Source: a virus
Reading direction: 5' to 3' (one strand)
Length of the DNA stretch: 64,000 bases
IMG/VR virus record: IMGVR_UViG_3300021067_000001
Span: 1-64,000 of that record
Shown here: piece after piece, positions 41,801 through 51,383 of the stretch
Numbering within the stretch: the first letter of the stretch is position 1
Layout: each line of letters opens with the position of its first letter
Notes under the pieces: model-generated
What the model was told of the DNA's origin: nothing
The model's database searches: none
What the model saw: the letters and a program-made list of their open reading frames with translations, nothing else
Program-made: the position numbers and the translations under genes

Positions 41801-42618
41801 GGGTCGCCATTTTCGGGTCTGGACCAAGCGGATTGCTTGCTGCACACGCTCTGGTTGTTTATGGTCACGCCGAGGTTTGGGATATTGATATATTTTCCAG
41901 AGGCGAGAAATCACCTCTTTATGGATGCCAGTATCTGCACCAGCCAATTCCTGCCATTAATTGCGGTGAGGACGTAACTGTCAAATACAATTTGATTGGC
42001 TCGCCGGAGCTTTATTACCGCAAGGTGTATGGATCCAAGCGCGTTACGGCTGTTAGTCCTGAAGAGTATGGTGGCGAACATCAAGCCTGGGACATTCGCA
42101 AGCTTTACGACCAGCTTTGGGATGCCTGGCAGCCTCGTGTAAAAGTTGCGATGGTTGATAAGCCAAATCCAGATGAATTTTGGGATATTTTTGCGCCAAC
42201 ATACGACAAGATTATCAGCACAATTCCTCGGAATAATTGGTGCTACAATGAAAAGCACAATTTTGAGGTGACTGAAATCTATGCGGTTGGCGATGCACCG
42301 GATCTCGGCGTTCGAGCGCCATTCCGACCAGCATTCGATAATGCGGTGATTTGCAATAGTGATCCTCATGTTGGCTGGTACCGAATGTCCCAAGTCTTCG
42401 GGTTTAGCACAATTGAATGGCCCGGGGATCGAAAGCCGCCTGTTGGTCGAGTAGCGCATGTCAAAAAGCCACTGCGAACTGATTGTAATTGCTGGACAGA
42501 GCACGAAGATGACGTTAGCTGGGGCGAGAGCATTTTGTTCGTCGGCCGATATGGCGAATGGAGGAAGGGTGTGCTTGCCCATGACGTCTTCTACCAAGTT
42601 AGAGATGCTTTCGCGTAA
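41797..42618 (+). CDS. Rossmann-fold FAD/NAD(P)-binding protein
   Basis: N-terminal MRVAIFGSGPSGLLAAHAL (GxGxxG). The C-terminal FVGRYGEWRKGVL recalls the tails of UDP-galactopyranose mutase / amine oxidase-type flavoenzymes. 273 aa. Confidence 0.6.
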   Translation: MRVAIFGSGPSGLLAAHALVVYGHAEVWDIDIFSRGEKSPLYGCQYLHQPIPAINCGEDVTVKYNLIGSPELYYRKVYGSKRVTAVSPEEYGGEHQAWDIRKLYDQLWDAWQPRVKVAMVDKPNPDEFWDIFAPTYDKIISTIPRNNWCYNEKHNFEVTEIYAVGDAPDLGVRAPFRPAFDNAVICNSDPHVGWYRMSQVFGFSTIEWPGDRKPPVGRVAHVKKPLRTDCNCWTEHEDDVSWGESILFVGRYGEWRKGVLAHDVFYQVRDAFA

Positions 42619-43255
42619 ACCCTGGGTTGGCATTGATATTGACGGTACCCTCGGCGATTATCACCGGCACTTCTTAATGTGCGCAGAAATGTTTTTGCAA
42701 CGGCCCATGCCAAAGCCAGAAGAAATCAACCCGTTGATGCCATTGCATAAATTCATCGGTGTAGACAAGCGCAAATATCGAGAAATCAAAATGGCATATC
42801 GGCAGGGTCGCTGGAAGCGATCTATGCCAGTCTTCCCGTACGCACGCCAGATGACCCTTGACCTTCGCCGCGCGGGGATATGTATAAGCATTTGTACGAC
42901 TCGACCATTCAATCAACTTGGCGAAGTTGATGCGGACACAAGATGGTGGCTCCGCCATCATGGAATTCAACACGACCTTCTCATTTGGGGGCCGCATAAG
43001 TATCGAGACCTGACAAGAGCTGCGGGAAAGAACAACATCGTTGCTGTAATTGATGATGAATTAGAGCAAATGGAGCGATGTTTCCGGATTGGCATTCCGT
43101 TCTATTTGCGTAATCAGCCGTATAACCAAACTCATCAATTGATAGCTCCACATCGGGGCTTGCGACATTCCAGCATTCGAGTGATTAGCCTGGAAGAAGC
43201 AACAAACCGAATTCTCAAAGATTTGGAAGGATGGAAAAGTGGACAACCCATTTGA
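42581..43255 (+). CDS. HAD-superfamily phosphatase (5'-nucleotidase-like)
   Basis: Motif I WVGIDIDGTLGD (DxDxT). Motif-IV-like AVIDDE. The start is uncertain (ATG 42581 or 42605; the track ORF opens at 42458). Confidence 0.65.
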   Translation: MTSSTKLEMLSRKPWVGIDIDGTLGDYHRHFLMCAEMFLQRPMPKPEEINPLMPLHKFIGVDKRKYREIKMAYRQGRWKRSMPVFPYARQMTLDLRRAGICISICTTRPFNQLGEVDADTRWWLRHHGIQHDLLIWGPHKYRDLTRAAGKNNIVAVIDDELEQMERCFRIGIPFYLRNQPYNQTHQLIAPHRGLRHSSIRVISLEEATNRILKDLEGWKSGQPI

Positions 43256-43652
43256 TAAAGATGCGCCGTTGATGGCGAAAACAAAAGATGGACAAAAGTG
43301 GGTTACTTATACGCTGGGTTTGGGTAGTGACAAGCCCCTTACGTGCACTGCATGGGATATCTTCTTGGGCGCAGGAGAGCCCAACGATTTGGGTGATTCT
43401 CTTTTGCAGGAATTCATGGAACGTTTCATGGAAAAACAGAGAGATTACGGCGACGCTGCCGATGATCTTGGTGCCCCAGGGCAGTATGCCGAAATTCACC
43501 GCAAGAAGGCAAAGCTCAAGAAGGCTTTGTGGGAAGGCGAGAAGCTGGTGGGTGAACCGGTTGATGAGGTTTTGATGGACCTTATTGGACACTGTTTCCT
43601 GGCGCTCCGGCATGTCAGACAAACCAACTACGGCGGGAGATTCAAGAAGTGA
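43239..43652 (+). CDS. DUF1599/Nmad1-like all-alpha (MazG-like) protein
   Basis: MEKQRDYGDAADDLG...EPVDEVLMDLIGHCFLAL fits my recollection of the DUF1599 (nucleotide-modification-associated domain 1) pattern. Confidence 0.55.
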   Translation: MDNPFDKDAPLMAKTKDGQKWVTYTLGLGSDKPLTCTAWDIFLGAGEPNDLGDSLLQEFMERFMEKQRDYGDAADDLGAPGQYAEIHRKKAKLKKALWEGEKLVGEPVDEVLMDLIGHCFLALRHVRQTNYGGRFKK

Positions 43653-43816
43653 GTGCCGAAGACGTCGCTTGGGATCTCAGCAACTTCCTCACCGAGAATC
43701 CTGATTATCGTTATCCTGGTTCGCCCTTGATGAGCACCGAGCTTGACGGAGCTTATGTCTTTGATATAACGCAAGAAGAAACCACCTACATCGTAACCGT
43801 GCAGGAGAAGCAGTGA
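43649..43816 (+). CDS. 55-aa hypothetical protein
   Basis: GTGA coupling at both ends. VSAEDVAWDLSNFLTENPDYRYPGSPLMSTELDGAYVFDITQEETTYIVTVQEKQ. Confidence 0.45.
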   Translation: MSAEDVAWDLSNFLTENPDYRYPGSPLMSTELDGAYVFDITQEETTYIVTVQEKQ

Positions 43817-44466
43817 ATTCGGAAAACATCGCAGATGCCGTAGATGAGATTGAAAGTGGGCGGTATTCTACTGTGTATAAAGCTGGCGACGGTGACAGTC
43901 CGCTGGCTTTTGCTGAATTTGGCCTAGACCGTATTCTCCCTGAATGGGTTATTCCAGATTGGGATTTCCCCGTCCTTGATCTTGGCCCAGGAAGTAAGCT
44001 GGTGCCCGGTGCTGTCCGATTGGACTGGCCAGAGTATGATTGGGAGTCGGAGTACACAAATGAATATGTGCATGATGGCAAAGGGTCCGTGCATCCCCGT
44101 GCAGTTCTCAGGCTCAAAAATAGCGGAAAGCTGCCGTACGAGGACAACTCTGTAGGCGGCATCTTCTGCGTGAACCTTTTGGAGCATCTGTGGGACCCTC
44201 GTCCGTTGATTTGGGAGATGGCGCGCGTTTTGCGACCTGGCTGTCCTATCAACGTATTCGTCCCACACGCAGATAGCATCATGTACAAGCAAGATTTGGA
44301 CCACAAGAAGCCATTCGTACTTGATACCTGGCGCAATCTGCTTGATCCGCACCCCTATTATGAGAAGGGGCATCAACCAACACACGGTTTGCGTCGAGGT
44401 GTTGAATTCAAGTTTGCAGTGAAGGAAGGAAATGAGGCATGTATCGCCCAGCTGATCAAGAACTGA
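43813..44466 (+). CDS. class I SAM-dependent methyltransferase
   Basis: Motif I VLDLGPGSK. Motif-II-like GGIFCVNLLEHL. 217 aa. Confidence 0.7.
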   Translation: MNSENIADAVDEIESGRYSTVYKAGDGDSPLAFAEFGLDRILPEWVIPDWDFPVLDLGPGSKLVPGAVRLDWPEYDWESEYTNEYVHDGKGSVHPRAVLRLKNSGKLPYEDNSVGGIFCVNLLEHLWDPRPLIWEMARVLRPGCPINVFVPHADSIMYKQDLDHKKPFVLDTWRNLLDPHPYYEKGHQPTHGLRRGVEFKFAVKEGNEACIAQLIKN

Positions 44467-44663
44467 AGCAAGCTGTTGAAGCCTTTCGCAAGGTCATGGA
44501 AAATTCAGCTCCTCTTTTCAGAGTCGTGGCAGAACAGTTCAAGATGGCAGCACAAAATCTTACACTGGCTCTTCAGGTATTTGGTGCAGAACTGAACAAA
44601 TCCATGGAGGAATGGTCGAATAATGATGGGGATGATGAGGAGAATACGGAAACAAGAAAGTGA
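44439..44663 (+). CDS. hypothetical helical protein
   Basis: 74-aa ORF overlapping the methyltransferase 3' end. Confidence 0.45.
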   Translation: MYRPADQELKQAVEAFRKVMENSAPLFRVVAEQFKMAAQNLTLALQVFGAELNKSMEEWSNNDGDDEENTETRK

Positions 44664-44818
44664 AAGAAGAAACAATTTCGACAATTATTTGTACTTGTCC
44701 TGCCAATGCGCCTGATTGGCCAGATGAACGTGAACATCTGCAGCAGGATGATTGTTTGTGTCAAGGTTGTGGCGAGCCCTTGAATGAAGGTCCACACGGA
44801 GGGAATATCTGCACATGA
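44660..44818 (+). CDS. 52-aa Cys-rich protein
   Basis: GTGA and ATGA coupling. VKEETISTIICTCPANAPDWPDEREHLQQDDCLCQGCGEPLNEGPHGGNICT. Confidence 0.45.
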   Translation: MKEETISTIICTCPANAPDWPDEREHLQQDDCLCQGCGEPLNEGPHGGNICT

Positions 44819-45582
44819 GTGTTTGGATTGTAGGTGGGACTAGCGGAATTGGCAAGGCCATCCATTCCAAGCTTCTGAGTGAAAATGATTCAGGATTTCT
44901 CTTTGTAACGGGCGAAGAAGTTGACGTAACGGATTCATCAGCGCTAGAGAACCAGCTGGTGCATATCAGCGACGCGACAACGGGTGAGATTGAGGACCCT
45001 CTGCGCACAGTGTATTTTTGTGCTGGGATCAACTACCTTGAGTGGTTGGGCAAGATGGGGGAACGCGGTCGGATCAACGCGCAAGAAGTAATTGACGTAA
45101 ATTTGATGGGATTCATTAATCTCATGGACGTTCTCGTCAAGGCATCTAGCGAGGATTTGCTTACCCCTCCAGAGTGGATTCGACCTAGAGTTGACGTAGT
45201 TGTCATCACCTCGGATGCAGCCGAACGCCCCATGCGAACATCTACGGCTTACTGCGCCTCAAAGGCCGGTCTCAACATGGCGATTCGTTGTGCTGCTAGA
45301 GAGCTTGGGCCAATCGGCTGGCGCGTATTCGGCATCGCTCCAGGGATGATCGAAGATACAAATAATTATCCCAGCAAGATGACACAGTATGTTGATGAAC
45401 GAGTATCCGAGGTTCGTGGATGGACTCGCGAGGAAGCTGGAGCATATGAGGCGCAGCAATCGGTTATTCGCAATCCATTGCGTATTCATCCGATGGACAT
45501 TGCCAATTTCGCGGTCAGTCTCGCTGACAGCGATACCGAGCATTTGAACGGAAACATCTTCACTGTGAATGGTGGTCGCTAA
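44815..45582 (+). CDS. short-chain dehydrogenase/reductase (SDR)
   Basis: VWIVGGTSGIGKAI (TGxxxGxG-type) and YCASKAGLNM (YxxxK). Confidence 0.75.
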   Translation: MSVWIVGGTSGIGKAIHSKLLSENDSGFLFVTGEEVDVTDSSALENQLVHISDATTGEIEDPLRTVYFCAGINYLEWLGKMGERGRINAQEVIDVNLMGFINLMDVLVKASSEDLLTPPEWIRPRVDVVVITSDAAERPMRTSTAYCASKAGLNMAIRCAARELGPIGWRVFGIAPGMIEDTNNYPSKMTQYVDERVSEVRGWTREEAGAYEAQQSVIRNPLRIHPMDIANFAVSLADSDTEHLNGNIFTVNGGR

Positions 45583-45752
45583 TGGAACTTCCGAAATTCA
45601 ATGCCTATCTCCTCCAAGAGGAGGCTAGGCACAACAAGGATCAACAGGCTTGGCCGCAGGTTTACATGCGAGCTGAAGGGGGCGAACCGCTGGAAGTCAA
45701 GTCAATCACTTTCGATGCCGTTCATAACCGAATCATCCTAGGAGCGTCATGA
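45582..45752 (+). CDS. 56-aa hypothetical protein
   Basis: TAATG and ATGA coupling. MELPKFNAYLLQEEARHNKDQQAWPQVYMRAEGGEPLEVKSITFDAVHNRIILGAS. Confidence 0.45.
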   Translation: MELPKFNAYLLQEEARHNKDQQAWPQVYMRAEGGEPLEVKSITFDAVHNRIILGAS

Positions 45753-45937
45753 CTCCAGAATACCACGTCGAAATTGCAGCAGAAATGCTGAAATCGATCG
45801 GAAGTAAGGACCAAATTCTCAAGCGTATCGGTCACGAAACAGATATCGCTTTGGCGACTGCGGCCTCAGCACATCTCAAGATGGCCGAGCTCAAGCTCAC
45901 TTGCCCGGAACTTTTCCTGAAAATGGAGTCTGCATAA
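45749..45937 (+). CDS. hypothetical protein
   Basis: 62-aa coupled ORF. Confidence 0.5.
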   Translation: MTPEYHVEIAAEMLKSIGSKDQILKRIGHETDIALATAASAHLKMAELKLTCPELFLKMESA

Positions 45938-45938
45938 C

Positions 45939-48900
45939 ATGAAGTACGTTTCCCTGCACCATCATTCTACATTCAGTTACATGGATGGGTATGGGATGCC
46001 AGATGCGCACCATGCCCGCGCGGCAGAGCTTGGCATGTCCGCTTTGGCATTGACGGAGCACGGAAACGTATCGAGCCATGTTAAGCACGAGCAGGCAGGT
46101 GCCAAGTATGGCGTCAAGCCAATATACGGATGCGAACTATATACCGCATCAGAAAGGACAAGATCAAAGTGGCACCTGACCTGCATCGCAGAGACGCAAG
46201 AGGGCTATCAGAATCTGAACCAGCTGGTGAGCAAAGCTTGGGCAGAAGGCTTCTACCAGTGGCCGACGGTCTTTGGGTACATGCTCAACGAACATCGTCA
46301 AGGCCTGATTCTGACCTCTGGCTGCGCCGATTCGCTCCTCAGCTGCACGCTGATGGGCGGCAAGAGCAACGGCCCGAAGCGGGAGACGATCACCAGCCAG
46401 GATCTGGACAATGCGGAGAAGGTGATCCGCAAGTTCCAGGAGGTGATGGGGAAGGACAACTACTTTCTGGAAGTTCAGCAGTTCCCTGGGCTTGCCCGCA
46501 CCTGCACACTAAATCCTGCGTTTGCGGAGTTGAGTATGCGGACAGGTGCGCCTTTGGTGGCCACATCTGACTGCCACTACCCTCTCCCGACTGATAATGA
46601 GATGCAGAAGATTCTACATGCGGCTGGACGTGGAACTGGGACGGTTGCGGCGGCTGAGGCGGGATGGGAATATGACATCCTGCTGACGCCGCCGACCTCG
46701 GACAAGGCCATTTATGAGAACTTGCGAGGAACCGGTCTAACCCGATTGCAGGCGCTTGAAGCAATTGATAACACAGCACTTATTGCATCTAGGTGTAACG
46801 TTCTTCTGCCAAAGAATGAATTGCTTCGCTTTCCATTGCCACAAGGCTTTGATACGCCAAAGGATTTGATTTGGCAGAAGTTGCGAGAAGGCTGGACGTA
46901 CCGCTGGGCACGTAATCCGCATATGCGCGCCAACAAAAAAATGTACGTTGAAAAGCTCAACTATGAGATGTCTGTGGTTGAACAGAAGGATGGATATCTG
47001 GACTACTTCTTGATGGTTTCAGATGCTGTCATTTTCGCTAAGGATTCAGGCATCGCTGTCGGCCCCGCGCGGGGGTCTGCGGCAGCTAGCTTGATTCTGT
47101 ATTTGTTGCGGGTAACCGAGGTTGACCCGTGTCAATTTCCCACAATGGTTTTCGAGAGGTTCATTGATGTTGCGCGTACAGATATGCCGGACATCGACCT
47201 CGACTTTGCTGATGACCGGCGAGATGAAGTCAGGCAACACCTCGTGCGAATTTACGGCAACGATCGAGTCGCAAACATTGGTAACTTTGTCCGATATCGG
47301 GGCAAGAATTCGATCGTTGACGTCGCACGCGTTTACACGATTCCAAAGTATGCGGCGGACCAGGTCAAAGACCTCATCATCGAACGGTCGGGCGGTGACT
47401 CGCGAATCAACGACAGTCTCGCAGACACCTTCGCGACCTTTGATGTTGCTCGCAAAATCTTAGATCAATTCCCTGATCTGAGCCGAGCAATTCAGCTCGA
47501 AGGCAATATGCGCGGCATGTCAGTGCACGCTGCAGGATTGGTTATTAGCAACCGCCCGATCACGGATACCTGTGCGATGTATACCAGAACTGTTGCTGGC
47601 GAGAGCAAGTCAGTTCTTGCATATGACAAAAAGGATGCCGAATACCTCGGCATGCTGAAGATGGACTTCCTTGGGCTTGCCGAGATGTCGGCGATTGACA
47701 TCGCGCTTCGTATGGTCGGTATGACACTTGATGAGCTTTACCAGGTTCCGCTAGACGATGCCGAGACTATCCAAGGCTTCCGGGAGACCGACGTCGTCGG
47801 CATTTTCCAATTCAAGGGCCGAGCCACCCGTCTGATTTGTCAGGATGTGGTACCCGATCATTTCATGCATCTTGCGGATATTAACGCTCTGGCTCGACCA
47901 GGGCCGCTGTTCTCCGGGATGACAGCACAGTATGTCGAGGTGAAGCACGGGCGAGCTGAGCCAGACCATTTGCATCCGCTAGTTTGGAAGTACACGCAGC
48001 ACACGTACGGACAAATCATCTACCAAGAGCAAGTGCTCAACATCATCCGTGAGATTGGCGGCTTCCCGGTTGCCAAGATTGGTGATATTCGCAAGATCAT
48101 TTCGCAGAAGCTTGGCGAGGCTTCATTCAATGCAATGAAAGAAACCTTCGTTGATGGAGCGAAGCGGCTGCACAATATTGATGCAGATTTGGCTGATCGC
48201 ATTTGGAAATTCATGGTGACATCAGCCACCTACTCATTCAACGTTGCGCACTGCATTAGCTACTCTATGCTGGCATTCTGGTCTATGTACCTGAAGCGCA
48301 AGCATCCGCTAGCATTTTATTCCGCATCGCTTCGCAAGACTTCCAAAGAAAATTGGCCCAAGCTACTCCGGGATGCCCGAAAGAAGAACATTGAAATTCT
48401 TCCGCCTAGCATGACGGAATCGGATTACAGTTGGTCTCCAGACCCAAGCGGCCACGCCGTCCGCGCGGGATTTGTACAGGTTGATGGCGTTGGCGATATC
48501 ACTGCAAAGAAGATTATCGATGCTCGTGCAGCCGACCCTCTCGGATACACTGAGTGGTCAGATCTGATGAAAATCTCAGGGATCGGGCCAAAGAAGATGG
48601 AGCGAATTCGTGAGTTTTGCGAATCCGATGATCCTTTCAATTTGGATCTTGTGGGTAAGACTCTGGGTATCTATCGGGAGGCCCTGGAGGCTGGAGAAGG
48701 TGATTGGGCTGGTCTACCTGTCCCTTCTCATACATCTGATGAGATTCCTCGCGATGCCATAAATCTGCCAGTAATCTGGATTGGCATTGTTGCCAAGAAG
48801 GAATACAAAGATCTCATTGAGGATGAAAGAGCGCGATCTGGCGATACCGTTGAAGAGATTTTGGCAAGGGTTAAGGACCCGGATTTGCGAAAATCTTGTA

Positions 48901-49106
48901 CTCTCAAGTGTTATGATGATGGTGATGAAGATGTGTATCTGCGTATCAATAGATGGGCATTCCCAGATTTCAAAGAGGCCATCGAAACGGTAAATTGTGA
49001 CAAGGACATTATCATCGTCCGTGGTTTCAAAAAGGGCGGATTTGGCGTCTCGCTGCACATCAAAGATATGATCGTGATCAACCCAGATGAGGATGAAGAT
49101 GATTGA
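45939..49106 (+). CDS. dnaE: DNA polymerase III alpha subunit (DnaE-type)
   Basis: 1055 aa. PHP-domain start VSLHHHSTFSYMDGYG. Pol III alpha core motifs (GPARGSAAASLILY, MPDIDLDF, LKMDFLGL). Confidence 0.9.
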   Translation: MKYVSLHHHSTFSYMDGYGMPDAHHARAAELGMSALALTEHGNVSSHVKHEQAGAKYGVKPIYGCELYTASERTRSKWHLTCIAETQEGYQNLNQLVSKAWAEGFYQWPTVFGYMLNEHRQGLILTSGCADSLLSCTLMGGKSNGPKRETITSQDLDNAEKVIRKFQEVMGKDNYFLEVQQFPGLARTCTLNPAFAELSMRTGAPLVATSDCHYPLPTDNEMQKILHAAGRGTGTVAAAEAGWEYDILLTPPTSDKAIYENLRGTGLTRLQALEAIDNTALIASRCNVLLPKNELLRFPLPQGFDTPKDLIWQKLREGWTYRWARNPHMRANKKMYVEKLNYEMSVVEQKDGYLDYFLMVSDAVIFAKDSGIAVGPARGSAAASLILYLLRVTEVDPCQFPTMVFERFIDVARTDMPDIDLDFADDRRDEVRQHLVRIYGNDRVANIGNFVRYRGKNSIVDVARVYTIPKYAADQVKDLIIERSGGDSRINDSLADTFATFDVARKILDQFPDLSRAIQLEGNMRGMSVHAAGLVISNRPITDTCAMYTRTVAGESKSVLAYDKKDAEYLGMLKMDFLGLAEMSAIDIALRMVGMTLDELYQVPLDDAETIQGFRETDVVGIFQFKGRATRLICQDVVPDHFMHLADINALARPGPLFSGMTAQYVEVKHGRAEPDHLHPLVWKYTQHTYGQIIYQEQVLNIIREIGGFPVAKIGDIRKIISQKLGEASFNAMKETFVDGAKRLHNIDADLADRIWKFMVTSATYSFNVAHCISYSMLAFWSMYLKRKHPLAFYSASLRKTSKENWPKLLRDARKKNIEILPPSMTESDYSWSPDPSGHAVRAGFVQVDGVGDITAKKIIDARAADPLGYTEWSDLMKISGIGPKKMERIREFCESDDPFNLDLVGKTLGIYREALEAGEGDWAGLPVPSHTSDEIPRDAINLPVIWIGIVAKKEYKDLIEDERARSGDTVEEILARVKDPDLRKSCTLKCYDDGDEDVYLRINRWAFPDFKEAIETVNCDKDIIIVRGFKKGGFGVSLHIKDMIVINPDEDEDD

Positions 49107-49332
49107 GGATCCAGATCGGCCGCCGCTGGCTGAAGACTCAGTTGCATTCCTTCCCGCAACGCTATCGCTGATTTTGGGATTACTTGCATTCTTTTCCCTG
49201 CAAGTTTATTCGTTGTTGGTTTGGGATTGGCGTTGGAGTGTTGTGGGTCTTATTGCATTGATTGCTGGTCTCTGTATCGGCGCGACTATGCAAGCACACG
49301 CAAACAAGCGAAAGCGAGCAGAAAATGTATAA
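49087..49332 (+). CDS. membrane protein (2 TM)
   Basis: LSLILGLLAFFSLQVYSLLVW and VVGLIALIAGLCIGATM. Confidence 0.5.
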   Translation: MRMKMIEDPDRPPLAEDSVAFLPATLSLILGLLAFFSLQVYSLLVWDWRWSVVGLIALIAGLCIGATMQAHANKRKRAENV

Positions 49333-49624
49333 TCCGATGGATCACAAAGTCTCGGATAACACTCTGAAAATCGTACAGGAGGCGACGGCAAAGGCCGTGC
49401 AAAAACATGGACACGCCGACACTCCGTTAAGCGATGGCATTCCGCGAGGCGACAAACTCGCAATCCTCATGGAGGAAGTTGGAGAAGTTGCCGAAGTTCT
49501 CTGTGATTATCGAATGGGAATTTGGACGCAAGAAGAAGCAATGGCGATGCTAAAGAAGGAACTGTCACAGGTTTCAGCGGTTGCTGCTATGTGGCTCGAA
49601 TGCGAAATCAACATCGGGGGATAG
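49325..49624 (+). CDS. MazG-like nucleotide pyrophosphohydrolase
   Basis: ATG 49325 within track ORF 49262..49624. KLAILMEEVGEVAEVL is an EExxE-type motif. Confidence 0.6.
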   Translation: MYNPMDHKVSDNTLKIVQEATAKAVQKHGHADTPLSDGIPRGDKLAILMEEVGEVAEVLCDYRMGIWTQEEAMAMLKKELSQVSAVAAMWLECEINIGG

Positions 49625-49625
49625 C

Positions 49626-49790
49626 GTGCATTTCGTTATTTTTGCCTTCGCTGTGTTTTTGTTTACAGCGCTCGGCATTGCTTCAGTATTTGTAAGGGGG
49701 TGGAAAAGTAGGCTAAAGATTTTGATTACAGGAGCATCTCTATTCACATTCTTCGTGATATTGAGCGGAGCAATATACTGGAGCGTTTAA
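49626..49790 (+). CDS. 54-aa membrane protein
   Basis: GTG start just after the upstream stop. VHFVIFAFAVFLFTALGIASVFV...LFTFFVILSGAIYW. Confidence 0.45.
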   Translation: MHFVIFAFAVFLFTALGIASVFVRGWKSRLKILITGASLFTFFVILSGAIYWSV

Positions 49791-49792
49791 TA

Positions 49793-49957
49793 ATGCTCAG
49801 AACGGTATGGCTTTATATTCAGCATCGCATCGCAGCTCGCAAAGAGTACCAAAGGTTTGCCGAGGAGCTGCAGCAAGAAGAGGATGAAAGATATGCCAAT
49901 GAAAGTTACTTCACTGGCATGAGATATGGAAAGCATAGGAGGAAAACTGATGGGTGA
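49793..49957 (+). CDS. 54-aa hypothetical protein
   Basis: ATG 2 nt after the upstream TAA. MLRTVWLYIQHRIAARKEYQRFAEELQQEEDERYANESYFTGMRYGKHRRKTDG. Confidence 0.4.
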   Translation: MLRTVWLYIQHRIAARKEYQRFAEELQQEEDERYANESYFTGMRYGKHRRKTDG

Positions 49958-50198
49958 GAGAATTCACTACAATATCCGCATCACCGTGGAAAAGGTGGAG
50001 CATGTGCCGGTGAAGGTCGAGCGAGGTCTGGCCCATGCGACAACCGGCGAAACCAAGCGCGTAGTCACTGAAGCTGGCAAGGTTGAGCTGAAGCACAGCG
50101 ATTTCGACACAGCAAAGAACTTGGCCGGGAAGCATTTGGAACTTTTGACAGAGTTCGATGGGGCTGATCCTCGAAAGGGCAATACGCGTGACTTCTGA
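49950..50198 (+). CDS. hypothetical protein
   Basis: ATG 49950 with AGGAGGAAAA RBS (the track opens at 49926). Confidence 0.5.
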   Translation: MGERIHYNIRITVEKVEHVPVKVERGLAHATTGETKRVVTEAGKVELKHSDFDTAKNLAGKHLELLTEFDGADPRKGNTRDF

Positions 50199-50709
50199 GA
50201 AGGCACCTTGCCCATATAGCGAAGAAATGCGTTGGGACTGGATTGACGAAGCGATTGAGTACGCAAAGCGATCTCTCTGCGATCGATCAAAAGTCGGCGC
50301 AGCCTTAATTCTCGCTGACGGAGATAAGTTCCTCGCGCACAACCAGGTGACACCTGGACATGGGAGTATCACCTGCAAATCCTTTTGCCCGCGCGGGGCG
50401 AAGACGTTTGCGGAACAACCGGCGTATGCTGAATACAATGACTGCAGCGCATTGCATGCGGAATTTGCTGTTGTGAACAAAGCTTTGTTTGCGGCAGGAC
50501 GCAACAATAGCGCTGAAGCGTTCGGTGAAATGGCTGATGGTTTGAAAACAAGTCAATCGACGTTGCGACAATTGTTTCGAAATTCGTGGATGTTCGTCAC
50601 TCGTGAACCCTGTGACGCATGCAAGATGTATCTGGAGGGCCTCGGCATTCGCTACCAGTGGGTTAACATCCGGAAGAGAAAGAGGGTAATCCATGTCAGC
50701 GATTTATGA
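50158..50709 (+). CDS. dCMP/CMP-type zinc deaminase
   Basis: CSALHAEFAVVNKAL (HAE) and TREPCDACKMYL (PCxxC). The start is uncertain (alternative GTG 50188). Confidence 0.75.
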   Translation: MGLILERAIRVTSEKAPCPYSEEMRWDWIDEAIEYAKRSLCDRSKVGAALILADGDKFLAHNQVTPGHGSITCKSFCPRGAKTFAEQPAYAEYNDCSALHAEFAVVNKALFAAGRNNSAEAFGEMADGLKTSQSTLRQLFRNSWMFVTREPCDACKMYLEGLGIRYQWVNIRKRKRVIHVSDL

Positions 50710-51139
50710 CGCTTACATCTGTGGGCCGATGGCCGGACACGATAAGCTGAACATTCATAAGTTCAGAGCGGTGAAGAATTACCTCAAATCTGCCCTGAAA
50801 ATGTCTGCAATCATTCCGCATGAGATTGCGCCGCATCCGCACGACCCGGATAATCCTCATTGTCCTGAAAGCTTTCGCAAGAATCCGAACAGCGAGCACG
50901 CAGAGTGTTGCTATCTTCGCGGCGACATTATCGTGATGCTACGCGATTGTAAATCGGTGTACATCCTTCCCGGCTGGAACGCTTCAAACGGTGGACGGCT
51001 TGAGCTTATGATTGCAGCTCAAGCCGGTTTGCCCACAGTGTTCATCGACCACAACCAGCTTGTGGAAATGATGTACAATTCGACTCGTAGCAATATTCTG
51101 AAGCCACCTTTGGGATGGAAAGCTTCTGTTGATGGTTGA
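50693..51139 (+). CDS. DUF4406 / nucleoside 2-deoxyribosyltransferase-like protein
   Basis: N-terminal AYICGPMAGHDKLNIHKFRAVKNYL is typical of DUF4406 as I recall it. Confidence 0.6.
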   Translation: MSAIYDAYICGPMAGHDKLNIHKFRAVKNYLKSALKMSAIIPHEIAPHPHDPDNPHCPESFRKNPNSEHAECCYLRGDIIVMLRDCKSVYILPGWNASNGGRLELMIAAQAGLPTVFIDHNQLVEMMYNSTRSNILKPPLGWKASVDG

Positions 51140-51383
51140 CAAATCATATGTCAATGCAAATGAATTGGGGCAACTTCGGGTGACTACTTTTCCCAATGAA
51201 GATGAATTGCGAATTCGCGCGATAGTCTGCATTCATCGGAATCTTGGGGCAAGTAAGGATATGCTTGAAATTGCAGAAATGCTAGGTTTGATCGATGGCA
51301 ATGCCGAGTACATCAAGGCTGATGAGGTTATGGGTCACACGAATAACCCGCATCGCCGAGGCATAGGGAATTGGATTGACTGA
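51129..51383 (+). CDS. hypothetical protein
   Basis: 84-aa coupled ORF. Confidence 0.45.
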   Translation: MMVDKSYVNANELGQLRVTTFPNEDELRIRAIVCIHRNLGASKDMLEIAEMLGLIDGNAEYIKADEVMGHTNNPHRRGIGNWID

